A stretch of DNA of 61,242 nucleotides, filler included. It is 4 parts of 4 records of this genome, joined end to end, with 100 filler letters (N's around TTAATTAATTAA, not from the genome) between each part and the next. Parts side by side here need not be neighbours in the genome. Positions count along the whole stretch, not along the records: positions 11,520 to 43,381 come from SRR31147125_15449; 3 more parts are not named here. One strand, written 5' to 3'. A model generated the notes under the pieces. The model saw nothing but the letters and a program-made list of their open reading frames with translations, had not been told where the DNA came from and made no database searches. Position numbers and translations under genes: made by a program. Positions 22,102 to 32,347 of the stretch are shown one piece after another; the first letter of the stretch is position 1, and each line of letters starts with the position of its first letter.

Positions 22102-23033
22102 TGGCATTATCCAGTAAGCACTTACTCGGCCTGGAAGGTGTTCCAAAACAGGATATTGAACTCATCTTAAATACGGCCGAAACATTTAAAGAAATCCTGA
22201 GCAGACCGATCCCCAAAGTACCTACTCTCCGCGGCAAAACAATTGTTAACCTGTTTTTTGAACCTTCCACGAGAACAAGAATTTCCTTTGAACTTGCTGA
22301 AAAACGACTGACAGCTGATACAGTGAATTTTTCCACATCAACAAGTTCTGTTAAAAAAGGTGAAACGCTCAAAGATACCGTTCGCAATATTGAAGCCATG
22401 AAAATTGACATGGTTGTCGTTCGCCACGCTTCTGCCGGTGTCCCCCATTTCCTAACAACCTGCTCAGATGCGGCAATCATCAATGCTGGTGATGGCAGAC
22501 ATGAGCACCCAACGCAAGCTCTTTTAGATATGCTAACCCTTAGAGAAAAATTTGGCAGGATTGAAGGTTTAAAAGTGGCGATTATTGGTGACATTACTCA
22601 TAGCCGTGTCGCAGGCTCCAATATCAGGGGGCTGTTGACAATGGGGGCCGAGGTAAGACTGTGTGGTCCTAAAACCTTAATACCTGTTGATATCGAAAAA
22701 TTAGGAGTACAGGTATCCTATGATTTGGACGAGACAATAGCATGGGCTGATGCATTAAATATTCTTCGAATTCAGCTGGAAAGACAGGAAACAGGACTAT
22801 TCCCTTCCATTCGGGAATATCATTCTGAATTTGGTATAACCAAGCAAAGACTGGAAAAGGCAGATAAAGATATCATAATCCTGCATCCAGGCCCCATCAA
22901 TCGCGGACTGGAACTGGATAGCGACCTTGCCGATTCGGAGTTTTCCGTCATCCTCGATCAGGTGACAAACGGGGTTGCAGTAAGAATGTCGGTTCTCTAC
23001 CTATTAAGTGGCTTAGAGGGCTCTGTTGGTTAA
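22101..23033 (+). CDS. pyrB: Aspartate carbamoyltransferase catalytic subunit
   Basis: [26 protein letters not shown]. Confidence 0.97.
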   Translation: MALSSKHLLGLEGVPKQDIELILNTAETFKEILSRPIPKVPTLRGKTIVNLFFEPSTRTRISFELAEKRLTADTVNFSTSTSSVKKGETLKDTVRNIEAMKIDMVVVRHASAGVPHFLTTCSDAAIINAGDGRHEHPTQALLDMLTLREKFGRIEGLKVAIIGDITHSRVAGSNIRGLLTMGAEVRLCGPKTLIPVDIEKLGVQVSYDLDETIAWADALNILRIQLERQETGLFPSIREYHSEFGITKQRLEKADKDIIILHPGPINRGLELDSDLADSEFSVILDQVTNGVAVRMSVLYLLSGLEGSVG

Positions 23034-23055
23034 TCATACTACAAGGTAGTTTCTC

Positions 23056-24348
23056 ATGAATAGTTTACAAAAAGCAGACAATATTTTGTTAAAAGGCGGT
23101 AAAGTTCTTGATTTAACCACTGGAAAACAAGCGGTTTTGGACATTGTTTTAAAAAATGGTGAAATTGACAAAATAGGCAAGGTGGATGAGAATTTTAACG
23201 GCAGAACCTATGATGTTTCCAATCACATAATTGTACAAGGCTTGATGGATATGCATGTGCATCTCCGTGAGCCAGGTCGTGAGGATGAAGAAACCATTCA
23301 AACAGGATGCGCGGCAGCAATGGCGGGTGGTTTTACATCTGTTTGTGCCATGCCCAATACTGAACCGCCTTGCGACAGCCAGGAAGTCGTTCGATTTATA
23401 AAAAAGAAATCAGAACTTGAACTGGTTGATGTTTACCCGATAGCGGCTGTCACTAAAAAAAGGCTGGGTACGGAAATTACGGAAATGGCTGATCTGATTA
23501 AGGCAGGTGCCGTTGCTTTTTCAGATGACGGTAATCCGGTTGAAAAATCAGCTGTCATGCGTCATGCCTTGGAATATTCCAGCATGTACAATGCACCCAT
23601 TATCGACCACTGCGAAGATCCGTCTCTTTTCTCAGGCGGTCATATGAATGAAAGTGAAATGTCCACGCGTTTGGGCATTCCCGGCATCCCAAACATTGCC
23701 GAGGATATCATGATATCACGAAACATCGAACTGGCTAAATTTACGGGCGGTCGAATTCATATTGCTCACCTCTCAACAAAGGGAGGTGTTGAAATGGTTA
23801 AAAGAGCCAAAGACCAGGGAATAAATATAACCTGCGAAGTAACGCCACATCATTTGACATTAACCGACACGGAACTGGTAAACTATGACACCAACCTGAA
23901 AATGAATCCACCACTTCGTACACAGCAGGATGTTGATGCCTTACTAAAAGGACTCAAAGACGGGACTATTGATGTCATCGCTTCCGATCATGCCCCCCAC
24001 TCTATCGAAGAAAAAGATGTCGAATTTAATGCGGCTCCATTTGGCATAATCGGGCTTGAAACAATGCTGGGTATTGTCATCACAAAAATTGTAAATGAGG
24101 GCCTCGTTCCTTTAAAGGATATTTTGTCAAAATTCGCAATAACACCACGAGAAATATTACATATGCCGATCCCTCAGATCAGTGTCGGTGAAACAGCCAA
24201 TTTAACGATATTTCATCCAACAAAAGAATGGATTGTTGATAAAAATAAATTAAAATCTCTCTCGAAAAACACACCATTCCATGGCTGGTCACTGCAAGGA
24301 GCTGTATTTGGAGTCGTGAACAAAGGCATTATTTCTATAATGGAGTAA
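23056..24348 (+). CDS. pyrC: Dihydroorotase
   Basis: DMHVHLREPG, MPNT, EVTPHHL, KMNPPLR, ASDHAPH. Confidence 0.95.
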   Translation: MNSLQKADNILLKGGKVLDLTTGKQAVLDIVLKNGEIDKIGKVDENFNGRTYDVSNHIIVQGLMDMHVHLREPGREDEETIQTGCAAAMAGGFTSVCAMPNTEPPCDSQEVVRFIKKKSELELVDVYPIAAVTKKRLGTEITEMADLIKAGAVAFSDDGNPVEKSAVMRHALEYSSMYNAPIIDHCEDPSLFSGGHMNESEMSTRLGIPGIPNIAEDIMISRNIELAKFTGGRIHIAHLSTKGGVEMVKRAKDQGINITCEVTPHHLTLTDTELVNYDTNLKMNPPLRTQQDVDALLKGLKDGTIDVIASDHAPHSIEEKDVEFNAAPFGIIGLETMLGIVITKIVNEGLVPLKDILSKFAITPREILHMPIPQISVGETANLTIFHPTKEWIVDKNKLKSLSKNTPFHGWSLQGAVFGVVNKGIISIME

Positions 24349-24410
24349 TATTTTATCTGTTTTTGACAATAATCCTCCCATTGAACAATACGACAACTTG
24401 TATATTTTCC

Positions 24411-24439
24411 TTGCATATCAAAGTTATTTTTATTATATT
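24411..24439 (+). promoter_or_regulatory. Candidate sigma70 promoter for rplM
   Basis: TTGCAT-N17-TATATT, with the same -35 as the pyr promoter. Confidence 0.45.
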
Positions 24440-24474
24440 TTTTGGCTTTGTATGTAATTAAAGGAGAATTCATC

Positions 24475-24903
24475 TTGAAAACTTATTCACCAAAACCGCA
24501 AGATATTGAACATAAATGGTTTGTTGTGGATGCGGATAACGCCGTCTTAGGTAGATTGGCTTCAAAAATTGCACTCACATTGCGTGGAAAGCACAAACCT
24601 TTATGGGCACCACACATGGATTGCGGCGATTTCGTTGTCGTTGTCAATGCCAGTAAAGTTCGCGTTACAGGTCGTAAAGCAGAACAAAAAGTTTATTACC
24701 ATCACTCTGGCTACCCGGGTGGCCTCAAAAAAACACCTTATAAAAAGGTATTGGAAAATAAACCTGAATTTATTTTAAGAGAAGCGGTTCGAGGAATGTT
24801 GCCTAAAAATCGACTGGGTCGCAAGATGTTGAAAAAATTGAAGATTTATAGTTCAATTGAACATCCCCACCTGGCACAAAAACCTGAACCACTTGAGGTT
24901 TAA
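24475..24903 (+). CDS. rplM: 50S ribosomal protein L13 (TTG start)
   Basis: WFVVDA...LGRLAS...LRGKHKP...HSGYPGG...GMLPKN; SD AAGGAG upstream of TTG 24475. Confidence 0.97.
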   Translation: MKTYSPKPQDIEHKWFVVDADNAVLGRLASKIALTLRGKHKPLWAPHMDCGDFVVVVNASKVRVTGRKAEQKVYYHHSGYPGGLKKTPYKKVLENKPEFILREAVRGMLPKNRLGRKMLKKLKIYSSIEHPHLAQKPEPLEV

Positions 24904-24938
24904 TCAAATTTAACTCCAAACGAGTAGGATGTTGAAAT

Positions 24939-25331
24939 ATGAAAGGAACATTATTCACTGCCACCGGTAGGCGAAAAAACTCGACTGCACAGGTACGTTT
25001 GACGCCAGGTAGCGGAAAATTTATTGTGAACAAACGAGAAGTTCTTGATTATTTTAAGAGAGAAACTCTTAAAATGGTTATTGAGCAACCTCTTTTAGCC
25101 ACAGAAAACATGGGCAAGTATGACATACATGCCAATTGTAAAGGTGGCGGGCTGACCGGACAAGCAGGCGCTTTATTACTCGGTATTTCACGCGCCCTGG
25201 TCAAAGCGGATGAAGAATTACGACCGGTTTTACGTCAACACGGTTTCCTCACTCGTGATCCCAGAATGGTCGAGCGTAAAAAATATGGACAGCCAGGAGC
25301 GAGAAAACGTTTTCAATTCTCAAAACGTTAA
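24939..25331 (+). CDS. rpsI: 30S ribosomal protein S9
   Basis: [27 protein letters not shown]...QFSKR. Confidence 0.98.
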   Translation: MKGTLFTATGRRKNSTAQVRLTPGSGKFIVNKREVLDYFKRETLKMVIEQPLLATENMGKYDIHANCKGGGLTGQAGALLLGISRALVKADEELRPVLRQHGFLTRDPRMVERKKYGQPGARKRFQFSKR

Positions 25332-25346
25332 TTTTTTATTTTATTT

Positions 25347-25426
25347 CACAACACACACATCCTTCCATACATACGGGGTGCCGTAACAGGTTATACTGAT
25401 GTGAGGGATGGAGGATTAACCCCAAC
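25347..25426 (+). ncRNA. rpsB (S2) autogenous leader, t44-like
   Basis: CACACAC start, GGGGTGCC core and GGAGG-N3-AACCCC end directly upstream of rpsB, as in the S2-regulatory leader; CATCCTT...GAGGGATG can pair. Confidence 0.75.
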
Positions 25427-25442
25427 AATCGGAGAAATTAAA

Positions 25443-26216
25443 ATGCCAGAAGTCAAAATCCAAGACCTGCTTCTTGCAGGATGTCATTTCGGCCATATTA
25501 CCCGCCGCTGGAATCCAAAGATGAAAAATTTCATCTTTATGGAACGAAATGGTATTCATATTATTGATCTTAAAAAAACAACCGAATATCTGATCAAGGC
25601 TTGTGAAGAAGTCACCAAGATCACACGAAAGGGAGGAACAATCCTTTTTGTCGGTACCAAAAAGCAGGCAAAAGATATTATCAAAGTCGAAGCAAGCCGA
25701 TCTGGAATGCCCTATGTGACTGAAAGATGGTTAGGTGGAACTCTTACAAACTTTATCACCATCAAGAAAAGTATTAAGAGACTAAAGAATCTGGAAAAAA
25801 AGTCCACAGACGGTACATACGACAAGCTTTCAAAAAAAGAAATCCTGACCATTGAAAAAGAAAAAGAAAAACTGGACAAGGTTCTTGGCGGCATACGTGA
25901 TATGAATCACCTACCTCAAGCGATTATCGTCGTCGATGCAAAAAAAGAAGCCATTGCTTTACGTGAAGCAACCCGGCTCAACATCCCTATTTATGCCTTG
26001 CTTGATACTAACTCGGATCCAGATTTAGTTGACTTTCCTATTCCTTGTAATGATGATGCCTTTAAAGCAATTAATCTCGTTATTCATACATTGGTAGAGG
26101 CTATACTCGAAGGGAAAGCTGGCCACACAGAATTTGAAAAAGCATTGGAAGAGGAAGAAGAAAAAGTCCTTGAAAAACAGGTAAAAGAAAAAGAACTCAA
26201 GTCAAAAGCAGAGTAG
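25443..26216 (+). CDS. rpsB: 30S ribosomal protein S2
   Basis: AGCHFGH..RRWNPKM, FVGTKKQA, RWLGGTLTNF, DTNSDP; ATG 25443 after GGAG. Confidence 0.97.
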   Translation: MPEVKIQDLLLAGCHFGHITRRWNPKMKNFIFMERNGIHIIDLKKTTEYLIKACEEVTKITRKGGTILFVGTKKQAKDIIKVEASRSGMPYVTERWLGGTLTNFITIKKSIKRLKNLEKKSTDGTYDKLSKKEILTIEKEKEKLDKVLGGIRDMNHLPQAIIVVDAKKEAIALREATRLNIPIYALLDTNSDPDLVDFPIPCNDDAFKAINLVIHTLVEAILEGKAGHTEFEKALEEEEEKVLEKQVKEKELKSKAE

Positions 26217-26274
26217 TTACTCTTTAGATATAAATTTTTTATACTATAGAAAGAATTGTTAAGGAGATAAAAGA

Positions 26275-26868
26275 ATGGCCATTTCGGCAGCGGATGTAAA
26301 AAATTTACGAGAAATAACTGGCGCCGGTATGATGGATTGCAAAAGAGCTCTCCAGGAAGCAGATGGTGATATGGATAAAGCCATCGACAACCTTCGCAAA
26401 AAAGGCCTGCAAAAGGTAGAAAAAAAGGCCGGTCGTCAAACAAAAGAAGGAATTATTCAATCCTATATTCACCCTGGAAGTCGCTTGGGTGTACTGGTCG
26501 AGATTAACTGCGAAACGGATTTTGTCGCAAGAACAGAAGAATTTCAGCTTTTTGCAAAAGATATTGCCATGCAAATTGCGGCAGCAAAACCAATTGTTGT
26601 GACTCGTGAAGAGGTTCCCAGTGATTTTGTTGATAAAGAAAAAGAAATTTATCGGGCTCAGGCTTTGGAGCAAGGGAAACCAGAAAAAATCCTGGATCGA
26701 TTTATCGACGGTAAACTGGAAAAATATTATCAGGATAACTGCTTGTTAGAGCAAAGTTTTGTTAAAGATCCTAATAAGACTATTAAAGATTTGCTAAATG
26801 AAAAAATTGCGAAACTGGGTGAAAACATGTTGATTAGACGATTCACTCGTTTCCAATTGGGCGAATAA
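26275..26868 (+). CDS. tsf: Elongation factor Ts (short 197-aa form)
   Basis: [32 protein letters not shown]. Confidence 0.97.
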   Translation: MAISAADVKNLREITGAGMMDCKRALQEADGDMDKAIDNLRKKGLQKVEKKAGRQTKEGIIQSYIHPGSRLGVLVEINCETDFVARTEEFQLFAKDIAMQIAAAKPIVVTREEVPSDFVDKEKEIYRAQALEQGKPEKILDRFIDGKLEKYYQDNCLLEQSFVKDPNKTIKDLLNEKIAKLGENMLIRRFTRFQLGE

Positions 26869-26883
26869 ATACATTTTTATTAC

Positions 26884-26912
26884 GAGCGGAGTTTAAACTC
26901 CGCTCTTTTTTT
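26884..26912 (+). terminator. Rho-independent terminator between tsf and pyrH
   Basis: GAGCGGAGTTTAAACTCCGCTC palindrome followed by T7. Confidence 0.85.
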
Positions 26913-26928
26913 GTTATAGGAGGTCGAC

Positions 26929-27672
26929 ATTCCTGTAAATACATCTCAAAATCCCAAACTCGCATATAAACGCATCTTATTAAAACTGAGTGGTGAAGCC
27001 CTCATGGGCGACTCGAATAAGCTCGGGATTGATCCAAAAACGGTAGATCAAATCAGCCGTGAAATAAGTGAAGTTGCTCATATGGGCCTCGAGATTGGCA
27101 TCATCATTGGAGGCGGAAATATTTTTCGAGGTCTTTCAGCAAGTGCACGTGGTATGGATAGAGTCACCGCAGATTATATGGGTATGATGGCGACTGTTAT
27201 AAACTCCCTGGCGTTACAAGATTATCTGGAACGCTACGATCTTCAAACTCGCGTGATGACTGCGATTAAAATGGAAGAATTGGCAGAACCGTTCATCCGA
27301 CGCCGTGCTATTTCTCATCTCAATCGTGGAAATGTTGTTATTTTTGGCGCAGGAACTGGTAATCCTTATTTTACGACGGACACAGCGGCTGCATTACGTG
27401 CCATCGAAATGGAGGCAGACGCGATTCTCAAGGGCACTAGAGTTGATGGCGTCTATGATAAAGATCCGGAGAAACATTCTGATGCCGTCAAATTTGAGGA
27501 ATTAACACATATGGACGTTGTGCAGAAACGTTTAAAAGTTATGGATACGACAGCCGTCACTTTATGTATGGAAAACAATTTGCCTATCGTCGTATTTAAT
27601 TTAAAACAAGAAGGTAATTTAAAAAGAGTCATTTTAGGCGAAGCTGTTGGAACTAAAGTAAATGGTGAATGA
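26929..27672 (+). CDS. pyrH: UMP kinase (apparent non-canonical ATT start)
   Basis: The conserved [13 protein letters not shown] lies upstream of the first ATG (27004); [33 protein letters not shown] (26918-26924) precedes ATT 26929. Confidence 0.93.
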   Translation: MPVNTSQNPKLAYKRILLKLSGEALMGDSNKLGIDPKTVDQISREISEVAHMGLEIGIIIGGGNIFRGLSASARGMDRVTADYMGMMATVINSLALQDYLERYDLQTRVMTAIKMEELAEPFIRRRAISHLNRGNVVIFGAGTGNPYFTTDTAAALRAIEMEADAILKGTRVDGVYDKDPEKHSDAVKFEELTHMDVVQKRLKVMDTTAVTLCMENNLPIVVFNLKQEGNLKRVILGEAVGTKVNGE

Positions 27673-27673
27673 T

Positions 27674-28231
27674 ATGATAGAAACTACTAAACAAGATACT
27701 CAAAAAAGAATGCAATTAGCTGTCGAAAGTGTCAGGAGTGAACTGGCCAAAATTCGAACTGGTAAGGCTACACCAGTTATCTTGGATGGGATCGTTGTTG
27801 ACTATTATGGTAATCCAACGCCTTTAAAACAAGTTGCTAATGTGAGTGCCCCCGAACCCAGACTTTTGGTCATTCAGCCATGGGAAAAACGTCTACTTGG
27901 CGAAATAGAAAAGGCGATTCTTAAATCTGACCTTGGACTAAATCCGGCAAGCGATGGAATAGTTATTCGCATTCCGATTCCAGCTTTAACAGAGGAGCGC
28001 CGTCATTCACTTGTCAAAGTGGCAAAAAAGATTGGCGAAGACGGTAAAATCGCTATTCGCAATATTAGACGTGATGCCAATGATAAACTGAAAAAAGCTG
28101 AAAAAAGCCACGATATTTCTGAAGACGAAATGCATCTTACCCAAGATAAAATCCAGGAAATCACCAACGATTTTATTAAAAAAATTGACGATATCCTGAC
28201 TCTCAAAGAAAAGGAAATATTGGAAATTTAG
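27674..28231 (+). CDS. frr: Ribosome recycling factor
   Basis: IRTGKA, VDYYG, LTEERR, IRNIRRDAN. Alternative start at 27662. Confidence 0.96.
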   Translation: MIETTKQDTQKRMQLAVESVRSELAKIRTGKATPVILDGIVVDYYGNPTPLKQVANVSAPEPRLLVIQPWEKRLLGEIEKAILKSDLGLNPASDGIVIRIPIPALTEERRHSLVKVAKKIGEDGKIAIRNIRRDANDKLKKAEKSHDISEDEMHLTQDKIQEITNDFIKKIDDILTLKEKEILEI

Positions 28232-28340
28232 TTCCGGATATTTCCAATTAAATTTATATTTATGTCTCATTTCTATTGTCAATAAGACAATTATGTCTTT
28301 CTATACAATTGAACGCTCTGATCTACCTTTTAAAAATATT

Positions 28341-28379
28341 AAAAAAGCCTCTGTAATCTTATTACAGAGGCTTTTTTTT
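28341..28379. terminator. Bidirectional rho-independent terminator after frr
   Basis: AAAAAAGCCTCTGTAAT-CTT-ATTACAGAGGCTTTTTT(TT). Confidence 0.88.
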
Positions 28380-28510
28380 GAGATATGCAATAATTTTTGC
28401 CACCATTTTGTTTTTACGTGCACAACAATTCACATGCAGAGATGAACTATTTTGTTATAACCTTGATAGATATAAACAGATACTCGTTTTCATCATTTAC
28501 GGAGGATAAA

Positions 28511-29164
28511 ATGAAATGGCGATCCACCTTAAAAACAGGGATCCTAATTTCAGGTGTGCTTTTAGGTAGTTTGGGGAATTATATCTGGGGAGCCGAATTA
28601 AAAAAACATGTAGCTACATCAGAAAATGAGATATGCCCATTACTCGTTGGAGCCCCTTTTCCAAAAGTTGTGCTGCAAAAAGCAGATGCAAGCTCTTTTG
28701 ATTTACATTCAGCAATTACGAAAAAGCCTACTTTGCTGGTCTATTATCGTGGTAGTTGGTGACCATACTGCAACGCCCAGTTGGGGCAACTTTTAAAATA
28801 CAAAACTCGATTTAATGAATTAGGTTATCAAATTATTGCTGTCAGTGCGGACAAGCCGGAAAAATTACAGCCATTTATCGAAAAGCACAAAATTTCGTTT
28901 TTAATTCTATCTGATAATAAATTGGAAGGAGCACGATCCCTTGGAATCGCCTATCAACTAAATGAGAAACGTTATAATCGGTTTAAAGCGAACGGCATTG
29001 ATTTGGAAGATACATCAGGCCAAAAGCACCATTCGTTACCGGTTCCAGCTGTCTTTATTATTGGAATGGATGGTATTATTAAATTTCAATACGTTAATCC
29101 CAATCATCGAATTCGAGTTCATCCGGATATTCTGCTTGCAGCGGCTAAATCTTTCGCAGAATAA
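28511..29164 (+). CDS. AhpC/TSA peroxiredoxin-like selenoprotein (UxxC; in-frame TGA 28760-28762 read as Sec), with signal peptide
   Basis: The two ORFs are in the same frame, separated only by TGA, and read YYRGSW-U-PYCNAQL (family motif RGxWCPYC). Downstream IIAVSAD and LPVPAVFII; SD GGAGGA before ATG 28511. Confidence 0.88.
28763..28790 (+). promoter_or_regulatory. Candidate bacterial SECIS element
   Basis: GCCC(28775-78)-AGTTG loop-GGGC(28784-87). The loop starts after a 16-nt spacer from the UGA and has G at position 2. Confidence 0.6.
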
Positions 29165-29313
29165 ATAAATGCCATTTTATCACTATCATCAATAAAAAAG
29201 ACAGAAAAGGAAGAATCAAATATCTCTGGTATGATTTTTTTAAAAAATGGCGGGATATGCCCCCACAGGAAACTAAACACATTAAGGAAACAATACAACT
29301 CATTATGCCCGAA

Positions 29314-30873
29314 TTATTCCTCAAATTCAATATCCCATTTTTCCAGTGTCGTTCCCATAGTTCTTTCAAGTTCGCCTAAAGCCTTCAGATACGAAGCAAT
29401 AGCAACAAGTTCTTCGTTCTGAGCATTAATCAAATCCCGTTGGTAGCTAATAACCTGGAAATTGGTTGACCTGCCCACTCTCATTTTCTCTTCTTCCAAT
29501 TCCAGTTTCTTCTCAGACAACTGTTTCGCACGCTGAGCCAGACTCACTTTTTTTAATGTAAACTGAACATTTCGCACGGCATTTTCCACAGCAATTCGAA
29601 TATTATCCCGCAACTCCTCAACATATAAGGAGTATCTATCATATGAAATTTGATTTAGCTGATAACCATTTTGAAGTACCTGCTTATTAAAAGGAAAAGT
29701 AAAAGATAATCCAACATTCCAGGTCAATCCATCAAACTCCCAGGCTTCTTTCATGGAACTGTACACACCCATTTCATTTGTTGCATCACTAGCCAGACTC
29801 GCATAGGTGCTCAGTGAATATTTGGTGTTGTTTTTGGCAACGATCATATTCATTTTATATATATCTAAATAATAATTATTGATACGCCAATCAGGACGGT
29901 TATTATAAGCCCTGGCAAGACAATCTTCAAGTCGAACAGCAACCGGTTTAAATTCCATTTTTGTTGTCGGCTGGATCAACATCTTTTCTCCGATATCCAA
30001 CTGCGCCTGCAAGGCTATCTGGGTAGAAATTATAGCATTTTCAGAGGCGGCCAGTGCAATCTCCCGAGTCGCAATATCCGATTCCGCTTGTACAATCTCC
30101 TGCGCGGCCATCCTGCCAGACTCTATCAAACTTTTATTGATTTCCATTAATTCATTAGCGCGTTTTAGAGCCTGGGTCTGGATCTTCAGATCTTCATATA
30201 CAAGTATAAGATCCCAATATTGACTCTCGATGCTGGTTATGAGATTTATAAGATTCAGTTTTGCATAATATAAAGATATATTTGCATAGCTTTTTGCGCG
30301 TTCAATTGGAATCTGGTTTACTTTTAATCCAAAACCTCTTAGCAACGGCTGACTTATCGACACACCAAAATTACTATTGTAATTCGTCGTACCTGGCAAA
30401 TTGGTAGACTCACTCGTACTGCTATTAACACTGAGGCTAACGCTACCACCTGTTTCAAGCGCTCGCCAAAATCCCAGTACAGATGAAAATTCTTTTTTCT
30501 TTATGACATAGCCCAAATCATCATTACGACTTTCATTACGCCCGGAATTTATATACGCAGAGGGTAAAAATCGGTATTCCGCTTGTTTTAAATTAATTTT
30601 AGCGGATTGTACGGACAATTGATAGGTTTTCAGTATACGGTTATGTTTTACAGCAAGATCAATAACCTCTCTTAATGTCATATTCTGATAATCGGTGGAA
30701 TCTGCGAACGAAGATAATTTCGTTAGATCATCCACTTGTTCCAGTGTGTTTTCTCCAATCTCCAGAGAAGGATTATCAGTTGAAGGCATAATTTCTATGT
30801 TTGTCACAGGTACCTGAGCCAAAGACTCGGCATTTACATATAAAATGACGCAAAAGATCAGCATTAATGGCAT
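29314..30873 (-). CDS. TolC-family outer-membrane efflux protein (start uncertain; frame open to 31002)
   Basis: LREVIDLAVKHN, ISQPLLRGFG, SGRMAAQEIVQAE, GRSTNFQVISYQRDL, LERTMGTTL; hydrophobic signal after MPLMLIF. Confidence 0.88.
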   Translation of the reverse strand: MPLMLIFCVILYVNAESLAQVPVTNIEIMPSTDNPSLEIGENTLEQVDDLTKLSSFADSTDYQNMTLREVIDLAVKHNRILKTYQLSVQSAKINLKQAEYRFLPSAYINSGRNESRNDDLGYVIKKKEFSSVLGFWRALETGGSVSLSVNSSTSESTNLPGTTNYNSNFGVSISQPLLRGFGLKVNQIPIERAKSYANISLYYAKLNLINLITSIESQYWDLILVYEDLKIQTQALKRANELMEINKSLIESGRMAAQEIVQAESDIATREIALAASENAIISTQIALQAQLDIGEKMLIQPTTKMEFKPVAVRLEDCLARAYNNRPDWRINNYYLDIYKMNMIVAKNNTKYSLSTYASLASDATNEMGVYSSMKEAWEFDGLTWNVGLSFTFPFNKQVLQNGYQLNQISYDRYSLYVEELRDNIRIAVENAVRNVQFTLKKVSLAQRAKQLSEKKLELEEEKMRVGRSTNFQVISYQRDLINAQNEELVAIASYLKALGELERTMGTTLEKWDIEFEE

Positions 30874-31018
30874 TGCACGGAAAGCATCATGAAGGATTGT
30901 ATAAAATATTCCGGCCAATGCTACCTTTTTCTTTTCACATTTTGGTTGCAAACAAATACAACACATTTTATTAAATCTATTTTCTAAATTATTCCAAAGC
31001 ATACCACTACAACTCTCG

Positions 31019-32191
31019 TTAATTTTTTAAAAATGGATTTCCCATAATCGGATACAGACCTGCTACAAATCCGATACATATACAAATAAATGCACTCAAA
31101 AGTAATGCCGGCAATGATATCATCAAAACCCATCCACCAATTTGCGCTGCAAAGTAGGAACTCCCAATGCCAAGCAATGCACCAACAATACCTCCACCCA
31201 GGGCAAGAATAAGTGCTTCCAACACTAATTGTCTTGTTATTCGGTTCTTCTTGGCACCGAGTATTTGAATAAAGGTAATTTCGTTTCGCAATGTCAGAGT
31301 AGATAATCCCATTAATCGTAATAAAGACCACGCGCCAAGTACCAGAGAAACACTCCCAATTATACCCAGAACAATAGATAAAACTTTTAGCAATTCAGAC
31401 ATATCCTGTAAAAATATCTGTTGATTTGTAATTTCATAAAGAGTGATGTCCCCTATATAATTACGCAATCCATGTTCCAAATACGAAATAACATCCGTAA
31501 CAGAGCGGTTTGGATTGGCTCTTATTGTCGCTTTGGATATGACCGGATTTGCCAGGAATTCTGCCATTCTATCCAAAGGGATGAGTACCGCTTCATCAAT
31601 ACTATATTCTTCTCCAATACTGGAACTTGGTTGCAATACACCTATAATTTCAACAAGTTGTGGCCCAAGATGGACTTTTTGGCCGAGCAGAGAATCTGAT
31701 GCGGATTTACGAATGCGTTCATACAGATTGTGACCAATAATACAGCACTCTTTATTCGAATCATACTTGTTAAAAAAGCGGCCGTACTTTAGTGTCAAAC
31801 CATGTACATTTTTGTAACCTTCCAGGACGCCAATTGTGTTGACAGACTCTTCCGAATGGTCAAATCGAATTTTCCCTTTACTACTTATTTCGGGGGCAAC
31901 ATCATAGATAAAATAAGGATCATGCTTTAGAAATTCAATGGCATCGCTATTAAACGGTCGAATTTGATTTGGCCCTACTTTTCCGGACTGACTATGCTGA
32001 ATGATGGTAAATAAATCCTGACCCTGCGAATGAAATCGTCTCGCCATTTCATGTCTGACAACCTGGCTAAAATAAACGATCATGTATATAGAAGCAACAC
32101 CAATGGCTATGCTAAAAAGAATAAAATAGAGACTCTTTTTTATTTTTAATAGCGTTTTGAGGGCAATATTCAGATGAATAAATATTTTCAT
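31019..32191 (-). CDS. MacB/FtsX-type ABC transporter permease
   Basis: SIAIGVAS TM1, periplasmic domain (YGRFFN..D), RNEI...LGAKK..I..QLVLEA, GFVAGLYP. Confidence 0.88.
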   Translation of the reverse strand: MKIFIHLNIALKTLLKIKKSLYFILFSIAIGVASIYMIVYFSQVVRHEMARRFHSQGQDLFTIIQHSQSGKVGPNQIRPFNSDAIEFLKHDPYFIYDVAPEISSKGKIRFDHSEESVNTIGVLEGYKNVHGLTLKYGRFFNKYDSNKECCIIGHNLYERIRKSASDSLLGQKVHLGPQLVEIIGVLQPSSSIGEEYSIDEAVLIPLDRMAEFLANPVISKATIRANPNRSVTDVISYLEHGLRNYIGDITLYEITNQQIFLQDMSELLKVLSIVLGIIGSVSLVLGAWSLLRLMGLSTLTLRNEITFIQILGAKKNRITRQLVLEALILALGGGIVGALLGIGSSYFAAQIGGWVLMISLPALLLSAFICICIGFVAGLYPIMGNPFLKN

Positions 32192-32347
32192 TTAATACAT
32201 AAACTTTAAGTTTAAAAATTACAATTGTACAAATTATATTCACGAAGTTGACGTGTATGGATTATTAAAACCTGATAATAAATGTGGATTCCTGTTAGCA
32301 AACTGTTAATTATTCAGGTGACAAAACAGATATATAAAATTCATTTA

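Noticed and set aside
27004-27672. ORF-track start for pyrH at ATG 27004
   Set aside because: It would delete the conserved [10 protein letters not shown] strand containing the catalytic Lys.
28760-28762. Genetic-code reassignment (UGA=Trp/Gly) or simple nonsense mutation
   Set aside because: TGA terminates other genes in the same contig (e.g. pyrH), and this one falls exactly on the catalytic Cys with a SECIS-like hairpin. Selenocysteine fits better.
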